A DNA stretch of 53,863 nt from Asterionella formosa (lineage: Eukaryota): positions 1 to 53,863 of the forward strand of contig NKIB01013667.1 in assembly GCA_002256025.1 (NCBI GenBank), in the 5' to 3' direction. Positions 43,003 through 53,863 of this stretch are shown here, one piece after another. Both the position numbers and the translations under genes were made by a program. Within the stretch, counting starts at the first letter, position 1, and every line of letters starts with the position of its first letter. The notes under the pieces were generated by a model, which saw only the letters and a list, made by a program, of their open reading frames with translations, had not been told where the DNA came from and ran no database searches.

Positions 43003-43897
43003 TTACATATCCTTGTTCAAACTTGTTGAATCTTCATCCCAATTGTTCTCCAGATCGCACATTGTTTTTCTCAGCGCTTCTGCAATGCGATATCTCTGAC
43101 TGACGGTACTATGCTCTTTTTTATGCTTCTGTTTCGATGCATCATGTCGTTTTAATAGCTCGACGTAAAGGTCATAGGACTCCATCATTTCTGCGTCGCA
43201 GTTGGACAAGATCTATTCTTGACCCATTGCGCCAGTGTTGATAATGATACGTCCCAAATGCTGAATATGTGGGTGTGAGATGGATAATCAGCAACCAAAA
43301 TGCAACAGTGATCGTCACTGCAGCTGAAATTGGCACGAGTAAAAAGAGGAACAGGTCCATTGTAACGAGGAAGAGAAATATCACCATACTGACAAGTCGA
43401 ACAGGCAACTGAGCGGCGTATAAACCAATCGATGATCGAAGCAGAACGTGAGAATTTTCGTCGCTAATCACCGAAAAAATAGACCAGGCAGTGAAGCTGG
43501 TGTACAAAGCCGAAATACTGGCGAAAACAGTTAAACAGAGAAAAATACCAGTCCAGAAATCTTGCGATTGAATGTCGGCATTTTTCAGATGAGTTCTCAC
43601 TGCGTCCATCGGTTTAGACGGACTGAAGAGAATTCCAATTACAGATGATGTAAGCAAAGTTAGAAACACAATATTGGTGCTGAGGCGCTGGATAACAAGT
43701 GCTCGAAGCTCCACGCCGCCCCTCTTACTCCAGGCCAAATGCTCGCGCCAGAGACCAAACTGATCAACAGAGAGTAGGTGCTCTTGAGGAAAGGTGGGTA
43801 GGCCTTTCCAAAACATCTGCCATCCACGGTTGGATGTGAATCCTAGCACAGAAGTTTCGCCACTACTGCTTTCAGTCCTCGAGGGCGGTTCCCCCAT
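43003..43897 (-). pseudogene. Four-TM membrane protein with apparent frameshift and premature stop (or truncated gene)
   Basis: ORF 43897-43172 has four hydrophobic helices; removing one G at 43253-43255 gives SAFGRIIINTGAMGQE*ILSNCD..., which continues into ORF 43209-43003. Confidence 0.55.
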
Positions 43898-44542
43898 GGC
43901 TGACTGATTGACTGTTGCATATGGTTGAGGGCAAGTGGCGATCGAAACACCGAATTGATAAAACCGTACGAGGAAGGATAGTTTAGCACCGCGGCTATTT
44001 CACGTTAAGCTCTTAAAATCTTGAGTTCTCTCCCGTCGAGCGATGTCAACAAAAGCTTAGTATGTAGCTATGTGAAAATGGGCGCGCTCTGAAAATAAAA
44101 AATTATTATATCATGTGTACCGGTATTATGACACAATTCGTTGTACCCATAACCCCAAAATTTGGTCAACACAAACAAATTTTTTACAGCTATAAATAAC
44201 AGTGCATTATATAAAAAGATGTTTAGGCATGCATCTGTGAGCATTCTTGATTAACAAACATGAAATAATTTCAAATCGACATTATTAATATCTCTCTTCC
44301 CTACATACAGATGTGAGAGTGAGGATCGATACCCTGTCACCTAGAATCAATCAAGAACCAAACTAGTAGAAGTAGCTAAGTTCAAGTTTGTGTTTTTAAA
44401 AAGAAGTTATGTGCAGAAGTTACGACTTTGTCTCAGCTCACATGCATGTATCAAAGAGCTTGTGATCATAAATTATGTTCCCACTTGAATGGAAACAATT
44501 ATAACACAACCTGTCTCTTCATCAGCCTCACCCCCGGAACCC

Positions 44543-44637
44543 TAGGGACTACATAAAAGAAAGACAGGTGTAGAATGCAGGGATCGAACCCGCCACCTTG
44601 TCAAGAGGTGTGTTAACCAATTAAGCCACTGTTTCGC
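44543..44637 (-). mobile_element. tRNA-derived SINE-like head / tRNA pseudogene
   Basis: TGGCTTAATTGG A box, CACCT-7nt-AGGTG stem, GCGGGTTCGATCCCTGC T arm, no variable loop, poor acceptor stem; homologous to 22619-22704. Confidence 0.6.
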
Positions 44638-45852
44638 TAAGTATAAAGGCGAGCGTAATAAAGACAATCATAGTACAATTATCAAGCAGCAAGGAATCCT
44701 CTGGTAGAAAACTTACGAAAGCTTCCGGGTTCCCTTTTGGGAAACGTCTTCAAAAAGCAGCTATTACCATGGCGAAAGCTCAATCGAACGCCGCTGGCCA
44801 TGAGGCCCCAGGCAAACAACATGCGACATACATTACATGCAAATGCAGATCCATGGCATGATGAGATTGGGTGCTTACCAGTGCTAGTAGGATCGCTGTA
44901 GTCTGCACCACTAGTTTTGTTTCTTTTGTTTAAATTTGGGTGCTTTGACAAAATTTTGTTATATGAATATCCTGGTACCTTGTAATTCAAGCTTGCAAAT
45001 GACCTGTGTGTACACATGGCGTACCTACTATCAAGCACTGCATTGAGCTGTACTTGACATGGCTCCTTGTTGCCCTGCCTTACATCAAAAAACATTTGCT
45101 TTGTTTGTTACTCAGCAAGCACATATTTCTTTATTAGCTAGTATGCTGGGCATTGTGTCAAGCAGGTCAGATAGGCTCCCAATTGAAAGCAGTGCAGCAT
45201 TGAACATACAGCTACAAGTATTCATTCTTCAACAATAATAGTTTTTGTAAGCATCCTGCTGGTGGTGAAAAAGGAAACATTTGACAACGCAATTCACAAA
45301 AAATAGCGAATTTCGCTCATTCCAGACCTCCCAGGATTCATTTGACAAGGTGTGGTCATTTCGATGACATCACGATATAGACATAACGAGAGAGCCCTGC
45401 CTATTGGTCCAGTCCTTGGACCAACATGATTGCCCAACTTGTAAAACAATTTCCTTTCATTCACGGTAGACAGTCTTTAGCTCGAAAGCAGGTCCCTTTG
45501 CCATGATCAACAGAACAAATAAATTCAATCCCTATTCAGAATATGACTATCCTACATCCAGAATATGTGCATTTGATAAAGCAAAACTGAGTTTTTGAAC
45601 ATAAGCACCTGCCCAGTCCCTTGCTGACAGCTTAAACAAAATACCCACAACATGCTATGTACCACCCTCCCACATACCATAAGTGTAGACACAATATTGA
45701 AAATCCCAAAGATGATGGATGCTGAGTGGTGTGCTACAAGAGTCCGTACTGAATGAATAATTCATCACAAGATATATTCTTTTTATGAAAGCAGTATTAT
45801 ACTCAACAAAATGTCTGATGCGCTAGAGTAGGGCCATTCCACATGGTAGTTC

Positions 45853-47151
45853 CTATTTCAATCTCTTTTGAAGAGCTTTTGAAATTATATACGAGAGTGT
45901 CATGCCCAGTAGACCACCTCCGAGTTGAAATGCTCCTTGTTGGACTCGTTTCCGAAGAACTTGTCGCTGCAGTTGAAATTTCTTCTGTCGTAACTCTTGT
46001 TGCGAATGTTCAAGTTGACTGATGTCTCCCATGTAATTCTTGGAAATAAATTCAAAATGTTGTTGGACACAAAACTCCACAATGGCTTCCTCCAAAGCAT
46101 CCACATCGCCACCACCCGTGGCTTTAGCTATTTCGTGCATGTCCCAATCCTGCACACTTGCACCTTCCTTGTCAGAATGTAAAATCCACACCTTCTCATG
46201 CCGAGACTGTAACAAATTCCCAATAACCATGTTCACACCATATTTGTAAACAGCCTTTTCCGCCTTCTTTCGTAGGATTGTATGGTCTGTTTCAAGCTTG
46301 AACGACACTGTCATGGCATCAGGGCACCATATTTCTTTTAGTGATCCTAAACATTTTGGAACAGGGTGAAGTTCCAGCGTGAGTACGTGACCGTCTGATT
46401 GAATCTTGTGGTGAGATTTTTTTGCAACGTAAAAATCCGATACAGCAGCAGCGAGATAACACATGGCCATAGATTGAGAATCCTTCAACGAGGTAGCGCA
46501 AAGTTCTAACTTGGCCAAATATTCTTCAACGGTACGGAAAGAGACAGTCAGGAGCCGTCCTTCGGATGCCTTTCGCTCTCGGACAGCCTTTTGCAATTGG
46601 CTGTGGTGGATAAGTCTCCGATGAAGTCCCAAGGAACCGTCCGATTTAGCCAGTCCAAGTCTGCCAATAGTTGCTTCCCCTGCTGGTGTACTTTCTGTCA
46701 GCCAAGGATCAACCTGCAAGACTTTGTTGACCAAACAATCGTCATCATCATCGTTATCAGCTCCGCATAGCAACTTCCCAAAAGCTTCGTTTGTAATTCC
46801 ATGATTGGCTTGCGCAATTCCCAGGGCCTGCGATAGAATCCTACCGTATGGCGACGCACTACCCAGCCTCCATAAATGTACAACGGCATATCCTTTGCTT
46901 AAAAATTGCTCCACGGAAATGGCACCCCGAAGACCAGTGGAAAAGTTGTCAAGTGATCGTACCGCATTGACTTCTAGATCCGCAGCCGTACCACCGGAAG
47001 TCACCAACACAATGGGACGATGATGAGACGCATGACGTACAACAAAGGCATGAAGTTGATTGGACAGCCCTTGTTGTTGGGTAGGTGTGAGCTGAGAAAG
47101 AAAGGATGGACTAGTGCTGCTTTTGCTAGCGGTCGTTGCGATGGTGGCCAT
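45853..47151 (-). CDS. PPCS: Phosphopantothenate--cysteine ligase (CoA biosynthesis) with C-terminal coiled coil and hydrophobic tail
   Basis: VLVTSGGT...LE.N.VR.LDNFSTG.RGA.S.E.FL..GY.V, F.TV.EYL, YLAAAVSDFY, HKIQS, VPK.L, VSFKLETD, VIGNLL..R. Confidence 0.92.
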   Translation of the reverse strand: MATIATTASKSSTSPSFLSQLTPTQQQGLSNQLHAFVVRHASHHRPIVLVTSGGTAADLEVNAVRSLDNFSTGLRGAISVEQFLSKGYAVVHLWRLGSASPYGRILSQALGIAQANHGITNEAFGKLLCGADNDDDDDCLVNKVLQVDPWLTESTPAGEATIGRLGLAKSDGSLGLHRRLIHHSQLQKAVRERKASEGRLLTVSFRTVEEYLAKLELCATSLKDSQSMAMCYLAAAVSDFYVAKKSHHKIQSDGHVLTLELHPVPKCLGSLKEIWCPDAMTVSFKLETDHTILRKKAEKAVYKYGVNMVIGNLLQSRHEKVWILHSDKEGASVQDWDMHEIAKATGGGDVDALEEAIVEFCVQQHFEFISKNYMGDISQLEHSQQELRQKKFQLQRQVLRKRVQQGAFQLGGGLLGMTLSYIISKALQKRLK

Positions 47152-47419
47152 GATTAGAATGTGGGCTACCAGTAATTCATGAAACAAGCAATTCACAACC
47201 AAGGAGCTGTGAGTGTCAGTGATGCACTGGCTTGGGCTTCTCGTTCAATAACCGAAAATTATCAGAATATAAGAACACTCAATAACAGAAATACCGGTGT
47301 AGGGGCTCGTCCTGGCTCATCATTTTTAGGAATCATAACTGGACCCTGGTAATCCATATCTATATTTCCTGGTATATAACCTGTTCTCTTTACATTCATT
47401 GTACATACATAACGATTTT

Positions 47420-49731
47420 GGGCGCGCTCTGATAGTAAAAAATATGATCATGTTTATCATATGTGTATCCCTTACAAGACATTTATTTTTGCGATTTGAT
47501 ACATTTTATATTGTTGGTGCACTCTGATAATCGAGATATTTTAGATTACTTATCTGACATCAAATACATATATTTAACTTCAATTTATAACATTTAAATT
47601 TTCATAGCAATGCATCCTCTTATGTGTTATGCCACCTCTTGTTCATTATATGAATGAGTTCCATAATTTCACCATCATCAGTCACTGACCATATCAGCTT
47701 TCCTCATATCTCCTGATGATGATGACATTGTGATCACATTGCTACTGTTAGCAGGATGCTATCCATCAGGAAACAAGACACCTACTTGTAGTAAACAGTT
47801 TTTTTCTGATGAAGTCAAAAGAAGAAATGGCAAAATCTGGTGACATGCACAACAGCATTCATTGTCAAGTCCATTCTGGACTTTGTTCAACAGCAAGCAT
47901 AATGATGCTCTCATCACTTTGTGTCGGTTTGACCATGCTTCCTTTGAGCTCCTACACCAGCTATGCAAGCCTTGGTTCGATTCCTTTACTCCCTGTGGGA
48001 AAATTATGGATTTCATTGTCAGAAATTCAACAACCAAAAAAGATTGGTGAAGATACCTCTGTTCCATCAGTTGTCTGTCGCTTGGGTTAGCATGGACCAG
48101 GACTTGTGGTTCCTATATGATTCTTCAAATAATTATCGGCCTAACTCATGGTTCCTTTAGTGTTTGGTTGAGGTTTTCAGGGCAAATGATTGTAAAAGTG
48201 CTTCTGACAACTGAAGATGCCATTGTGAGACTGCATACTGTAGACGAAACCACCTTATTTGCAATAATGATCAATCATAAATATCCACTTATAACAAATT
48301 TTTGGTGAGCAATGGATGGCCTAAAATCGACCCTGCAACGAGCTGGAAATGAAACACAGCAGGAATAACTTCTACGATGGGTGGACTCGTTAACACTAGT
48401 ATGTGAAAAACTTGCTTCTTTTTTCGCCTGCTGGCAAAATTCGCTGCTCTTACTAATTTAATGCACCTAGTGTTCTCCATGACTCCACGATGGCGATTTG
48501 GTCATCGATATATGATCAAATTGAAACAGTTTACAGGGATACAGGTAAAAAAGTAGTTGTGGTTTCAGCATTGTTTGCATCTACGAAATCAAATTCAATG
48601 TTGAAATTGCATCAAAATAACATTGACGCAAATGTTATTCCTTGACAAATATTTGGAGTGAATCAATCTCCAATCCACCTTATTCTGAAAAATGGAGTAA
48701 CGGGGAATGCGATGTCTTCAGGGATCATTTCCAAGAATCAATAACAAATTTCCGTAAGAAGAAAAAGGTGAGAGAAAATCTATGCTACAAATGGTTGTAT
48801 TACTCTACAAGTTTTGTGCAATCAAAAATTGGTCAGAACCAAATCGCTTCAGTGTAAATGCCCCATTTGCATAGAAATGCTAATAGATAGGCAAAGCAAT
48901 TGATATTATTTTTTTATTTTTTTTATTATCACAAATTTCATTTTTTTCTGAGAATGAGTATATTTAAGGTTATCCACCATCGCTACTAAAATCTCTTTTA
49001 TTATAGGGTGTTTGACTTTGAATTGACGCAGAAAAAGGTGGGGCCCCAGTTGGTTTCTTAACTTTGCAAAGTTGTGTAAACTTTCGGCGAAGTGAAGGTT
49101 CTGTTCGTTCTTTGTGTGGAAAATTCTCGTTGTGCTGTGAAACAACAACTTCCCATTCATGGGACCCAATTCGTAAGTGAGTAGAAATAGAGTCCAGCAA
49201 TGAGAGGATCTCATTCATCCTGAGCTGTTGACCCCAAATCAGCATGGTTTGGAGAGCCCTTGAAAAAAATTTGGTCGCCTGACAGTTGCCCTTCTTGCAA
49301 CTGCAGCTATGGCTTCATTACCACCCCCGCCACTTGGGCGCGAAATTTCGTTATAATTCCTTGATGGGACTGCTGAGTAACGACACCAGAAGCAGAAATG
49401 TGAGAAACACAAGGGACACCGATCATGCTGTCATCGCCGCTGGCATACTTGTTTGCACCAATGTCATATTCGTCTTCATCCTCATCATCATCGTCCTTTG
49501 ACTGAATCTGTGTTTCTTGTTGGTGACAGCGATGTTCAAGCAGCCTTGGAGAGAAAAGGAAGTCCTCCCTGGCTGGTCTCCATTGACCGGAAGAGGACGA
49601 TGACATCTTCACAATGTAAAGCAGATGACGATCAATATAAATAGGTATAGTATATATATCATATCTATATACCCTGGAGACTGATTGATGTGTGTATTGA
49701 TATTTATGCCTATTTTGGTGAGAGCAAGCCC
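47420..49731. mobile_element. Decayed Harbinger/PIF element: transposase (+, ~47730-48890) and convergent Myb/SANT-like ORF (-, ~48950-49610)
   Basis: Transposase pieces DALITLCRFDHASF, LAWTRT.GS...LQ.I.G, AMDGLK, NAP...HDS; companion LLD.I...L.IG..EWE.V...H...R...SLRRKF..L...KPTG.P; degenerate TIRs GGGCGCGCTCT / AGAGCAAGCCC, both flanked by TTT. Confidence 0.75.
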
Positions 49732-51234
49732 TTTCGAGTACAAGCAAGCAAGTCTTGAAATATTCTGGGAAATTCTATGTAGTCATTCATACCTGTACAT
49801 ATTCTTATATAATGCACTGATATTTATAACTGTAGAACATGTGTGTTTTTGTTGATCATATTTGGTAAATCCAGAACAAGGAGGAGGAGAAGCTGAAGGA
49901 GGTGCCGTAGGAAGATTCAACAATGCAGTGTGTGATATTTCAGATGGAGCCACAGAGTCTGGATGTTGATTCTTTACCAACAATTGTAGATTATTATTTG
50001 GTTGTTGCTTGCCTTTGCTTCGGTCTGCAAGGTTACTTCATTTACAAAATCTGCTGGTTGATTGGAATCTGATGAGTAGTAAATGTAGGTAGTGATGGGA
50101 TGATTAGGTTCACCTGTCAATGCATCAAGGTTTCGTGCATGACATGGTTGTCGCCTCCCACCATCATTCTGAGGTGATCTGCTCGTTTTTTTTCAGCATT
50201 TGTAGCCAAATAGTCTCTTACTAGGTAGTCACACTAACTGAAAGAGTAGATACCATGGTGAGGATAAAAGCCTTTAGGTGTAGTTGAGCAGTATACCTTT
50301 GCAAGTAGTAGGCTAATACATCTCTAAATTTGTATCCGTTTTCTTCAGATATGGTGATTTATTTGATTTTACGATTTTGCATTGCTGATTATTTAGAGCT
50401 GTTTAAGATATATTTGTAGATGATCACATTTTCAATAGTTTACATAGAAATTAACTATATCCCATATTTCGATTCATGATGTATGTGATTCAATATGATT
50501 GCTTGTTTTGATGGCAAATTTAAGTTTAACAAAAATATTGAATTTCTGGTAAGCATTTTCAGGGATGCATCCTGTGGCTACAGGGAAGGTGCTCAAGAAA
50601 TGGTTGCCAGAAATTCTATTCTTTGATTTTTGACATAGTTACATAATCAAGATACTTAAGCAAGCAATACCCCCTACTTTCTTGTACTCTCAAAATTTGG
50701 AGAGAATTTATGGGATTAGTATACAAATTTAAAGTCTGAAGGCCGAAAGTTGATGTAATTGCCCCAGCATCTGAATCCTCTCTGCACACAACAAGTGCTA
50801 CTTGTGAAATTATATTATTTCAATTAAAAAAAATCGTATGAATATTGGTAGAAGGTAGCTGCTGACCATATACTATATATACTCAGGAGCTAACTTTTGG
50901 TCCAACGTTTTTTCAGAAAGGTATGTCAGCTTTTGTTACTATTATGATGAGCAAAAATATGGACCAAGCCTAGCTATAGCTATACCCACCATCATCCATG
51001 CTGTTTTTAGCATAGTACAAGAGCAAAAATGCAGTCAACAATTGAATTTCAATCACAAAATGTCAGAGATAAACACTCTGCAGAGTCTCCAGAAATTGGG
51101 TCTCAATGATCAATATAGATAATGATGAAACAGAAACTAGTGATGATGAATATTTTTTGATTTTTTTTGAAGTGGGACTTAATAGTAATTACCGGTACTT
51201 TATCAATCATGTTATACATATCCTGGAGACAACT

Positions 51235-51322
51235 GCAAGTTGCGGTCATTTTGCTTAAATTAACAATTTAATATGGGATAAAGATATCTAAACTTTTCTT
51301 CAGCAGAATTCCCGCAACTTGC
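51235..51322. mobile_element. ~88-bp MITE-like element, copy 2
   Basis: Perfect 11-bp TIR GCAAGTTGCGG/CCGCAACTTGC, extendable imperfectly to ~21 bp. Confidence 0.65.
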
Positions 51323-51503
51323 TAACAAGATCTTACTTGCACAAAGAAACCGAGTGAATACACAGCACGAACGAACGAAAGATTGTTTTTGTTCTTCGAG
51401 TCGTACAGAAAAATTGCTGTCAATTGTTCTGTTCTGTTCACATCTTTACAGTAGACTAGCGGAGCCAGCACAGATAGCGGTAGCAGATCCTTTTGTATTC
51501 AAA

Positions 51504-52910
51504 ATGGCAGAAGTGAAGGAATCAAAACTCGCCGACAAGCCAAAGCCCAGCAACTTGATGTTGAACCCGATGAAGGGCTTTGCCGACGGCATGAAGAAAG
51601 TGACTGATTCCGTTGCTGCCACAATGAAGGTACCCATGAGTTCCAAGCCCAAGCATGACGTAGATTTCATCCCAAAATCCATCCCTTCCCTGCAAGTGAC
51701 TGATAGGGCTGCTCAACTCAATGAGGGCGCCTCTGGATTATCAGAAGACGAACTATCAAACCAAATGACTGCTTTTACAGCTGCGATGAAGGAAGCATTT
51801 TTATGTGTCCCACGCGAAACCAAAAGAGTTTTTAATGGCATTGGCATAGGAGAAGGAAAAGTTTACAGAAAGGTTCAGGGACGTTTCATTGCAAGTAACG
51901 ATACAGAACTGCCCGTCGACAATAATGCCGACGAAGCATGCCATCTGCCAGTCGTGGCTCCAGATGCCAAGCTACAAGAAATGAACGTTATTATCAAGAA
52001 GAAAATCAAGGGCGTTGCCATTCCTGAATTCTACGACATGACATGGGCTGAAAAGACTCCATTCTATGCCAATTGGTTGGAAGCATCCGGGAAAATGGAC
52101 ATCAAGGTGGGTGCTTGGCAAGAGGGCGAGGTCAAGGGGACGTGGTGCGGAGAAACATACCAACGCCAACGCATCACGACATTTCAATTCCAAAGAACGA
52201 CTCATCTTTATACTGGACCACCGATCGCCAATGTCACACATACTCAATATTGTCGTGTCGAAGCTTCCGACAAGTGTGTATTGAGCATGACGATGGAGAT
52301 GGAAGGGATTCCCTTTGCTGATTGTTTTAAGGTCGAAGTGAGATGGGTGGCCACGAGAGTGGGTAGCAAAGATATCAACATTCAAGTCGGTCTTTTTGTA
52401 AATTTTGTCACGTCGACCCTGTAAGTCTTGTTGGCCATTGATGGTTGATAATTTTGACCTCGCCTTTTGTTTAGCTCAACATAAAAGTTGTCGTCAATTT
52501 ACAGGCTTGCAAACCAAATTCGAGCTGGGACGACAGAAGAAACCACAAAATCTCAACTCTCGTTGTTCAATGCAGTTCTCCATGCTTGTTGCGACGTCGT
52601 GGACAGCGTCGCTGTCATCGAAAATGAAGAGACCAAGGAAAAGGAAATTGAGAAAGAATCAGATAAATGCTTTCCATTTCCAAAGTTCCTAATGTCCTTG
52701 GTGGGAGCTTCCAGGAAGGATGATATTGCGCTCAGTGTCAAATCAGCAATGAGCAAGTTGAAAGAAATTCAAACCAGATTGGAAACTTCCAAAGAAACAC
52801 TGGACGAAAGGGATGTCATGCGAAGTGAGTTGGCACAAGCGCATTCAGCAATTGATAAACTGTTGCATCAAGTCACTGAAGGCAAGGCAAATAGTAACAT
52901 GACCTTTTAG
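51504..52910 (+). CDS. VASt (StART-like sterol/lipid transfer) domain protein with C-terminal coiled coil; exons 51504-52420 and 52505-52910
   Basis: FY..WL...G..DI.VG.W, R...F, V..TQ, GIPFADCFKVEVRW, V.FV.ST; 84-bp GTAAGT...CAG intron restores STL|LANQIRAG. Confidence 0.8.
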
Positions 52911-53642
52911 TGAGTGAAACCATTCAAAAATGTAAATTTGTGTCATCGTTTTTGTGTTTCATGTTAACGTGTGTTGCTGACAAGTTGATCTACTGGGATC
53001 TATTTTCCGATTTGGTGTCAACATCAGTATTTCTCCATGGATCTTTTTTTTCGCGGCAATGTTGACATTTCTGCTTGGACAATGGACTGGAAGCCAGGGC
53101 ACAGTTCACACTTGTTGTGCTGTGATGGCTGAAATTGTACCCTCAATCACTTTTCAGGGGTAGCAATTGCTTTGTTATAACAATTCTGAATGAAAAAAAT
53201 GAAGGATTTGTTGGAAGCTATGCTTTGCTTGCACCAACCTAATAGATTTTTGTATTTTGTTCCATCATAAATTGATGTCTCTTCCATTTCTACAGCAATT
53301 CCCACTCCAGCTATTGTCTTGCCATTTGGGTATTTCTAAGTAATTTTTAAGCTCTAAGGAATTTTTATTAAGGGGCAATATGGGGCACATCGAGTTTTTT
53401 GGCATTAAATTGCCAATTGTAGCATGACAGCCAGAATAACAGTAATATACATAAAACACACAAGAATGATTTTAACATGCAACATCAATGAAAATTGAAC
53501 AAGATGTTTGGAGCAATCAAAGTATGAAAGGCAATGTAATAAGTAACATCAAATAAGAAATAGAAAAAATTGTTTTGGTTTAGAAATGAAGTAAAAAATA
53601 GGAGTTTCAATGGAGAAATACATCTAAGACGCGAAATATGCC

Positions 53643-53863
53643 ACTTTTCGAAATTTCGTCTACGTATGAGTGTTAATTATGTGGTACTTCACATGCATTA
53701 ATGCCACTCTTCACGTAAAAAAGATTACTTTTAACGGTTTCATGTGAAGTTTTAACTGTTTCATGTGAAGTTTTCACAATGAATTTTGAACGCGAGACTG
53801 AATTAGTTGATGTTTCAAATAATTCATTTGACTTTTCGAAATTTCGTTTACGTACGAGTGTTA
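53643..53863. repeat. 33-bp direct repeat at 188-bp spacing plus an internal 17-bp tandem; runs off the window
   Basis: acttttcgaaatttcgt.tacgta.gagtgtta at 53643 and 53831; gtttcatgtgaagtttt at 53738 and 53758. Confidence 0.75.

Noticed and set aside
44570..44637. Functional tRNA-Ser(TGA)
   Set aside because: No variable region, weak D and acceptor stems; treated as a SINE-like head
47600..51200. Apparent CpG depletion and TG/CA excess in TE debris as a methylation signature
   Set aside because: Visual impression only; requires dinucleotide counts
6632..52910. Window-wide lipid/CoA biosynthetic gene cluster (megasynthase, VTE6-like, ECH2, PPCS, VASt)
   Set aside because: Genes are far apart, interleaved with unrelated housekeeping genes and predicted for different compartments; needs synteny or co-expression evidence

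Overview
Eukaryotic, gene-sparse genomic DNA, most likely from a diatom or related stramenopile alga. The evidence is short GT-AG introns, a bipartite 'ASG-FAP' plastid presequence and an FeS-less APS reductase. About 16 protein genes are present: DUF1499, bacterial-type DUF3095, APS reductase-thioredoxin, an LCMT-GNAT fusion, RPN10, uridine kinase, an ankyrin protein, VTE6/DUF92, a histidine acid phosphatase, an HhH-like protein, peroxisomal enoyl-CoA hydratase 2, PPC synthetase and a VASt protein, among others. There are also two identical inverted tRNA-Leu(CAA) genes and many decayed mobile elements (Harbinger/PIF, a DIRS-like tyrosine recombinase, solo LTRs, MITEs, tRNA-derived SINEs). The standout is an intronless ~2260-aa five-domain protein (6632-13420): acyl-CoA-binding domain, DegT-type PLP aminotransferase, membrane segment, fatty acyl-CoA reductase, DHAP acyltransferase and alkyl-DHAP synthase. 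It carries the three committed steps of ether-lipid synthesis in one polypeptide, with an aminotransferase where a keto-reductase would be needed next. This suggests (inference) a megasynthase for amino-ether (alkyl-serinol-type) lipids. All family calls come from motif recognition by eye; no database search was run.
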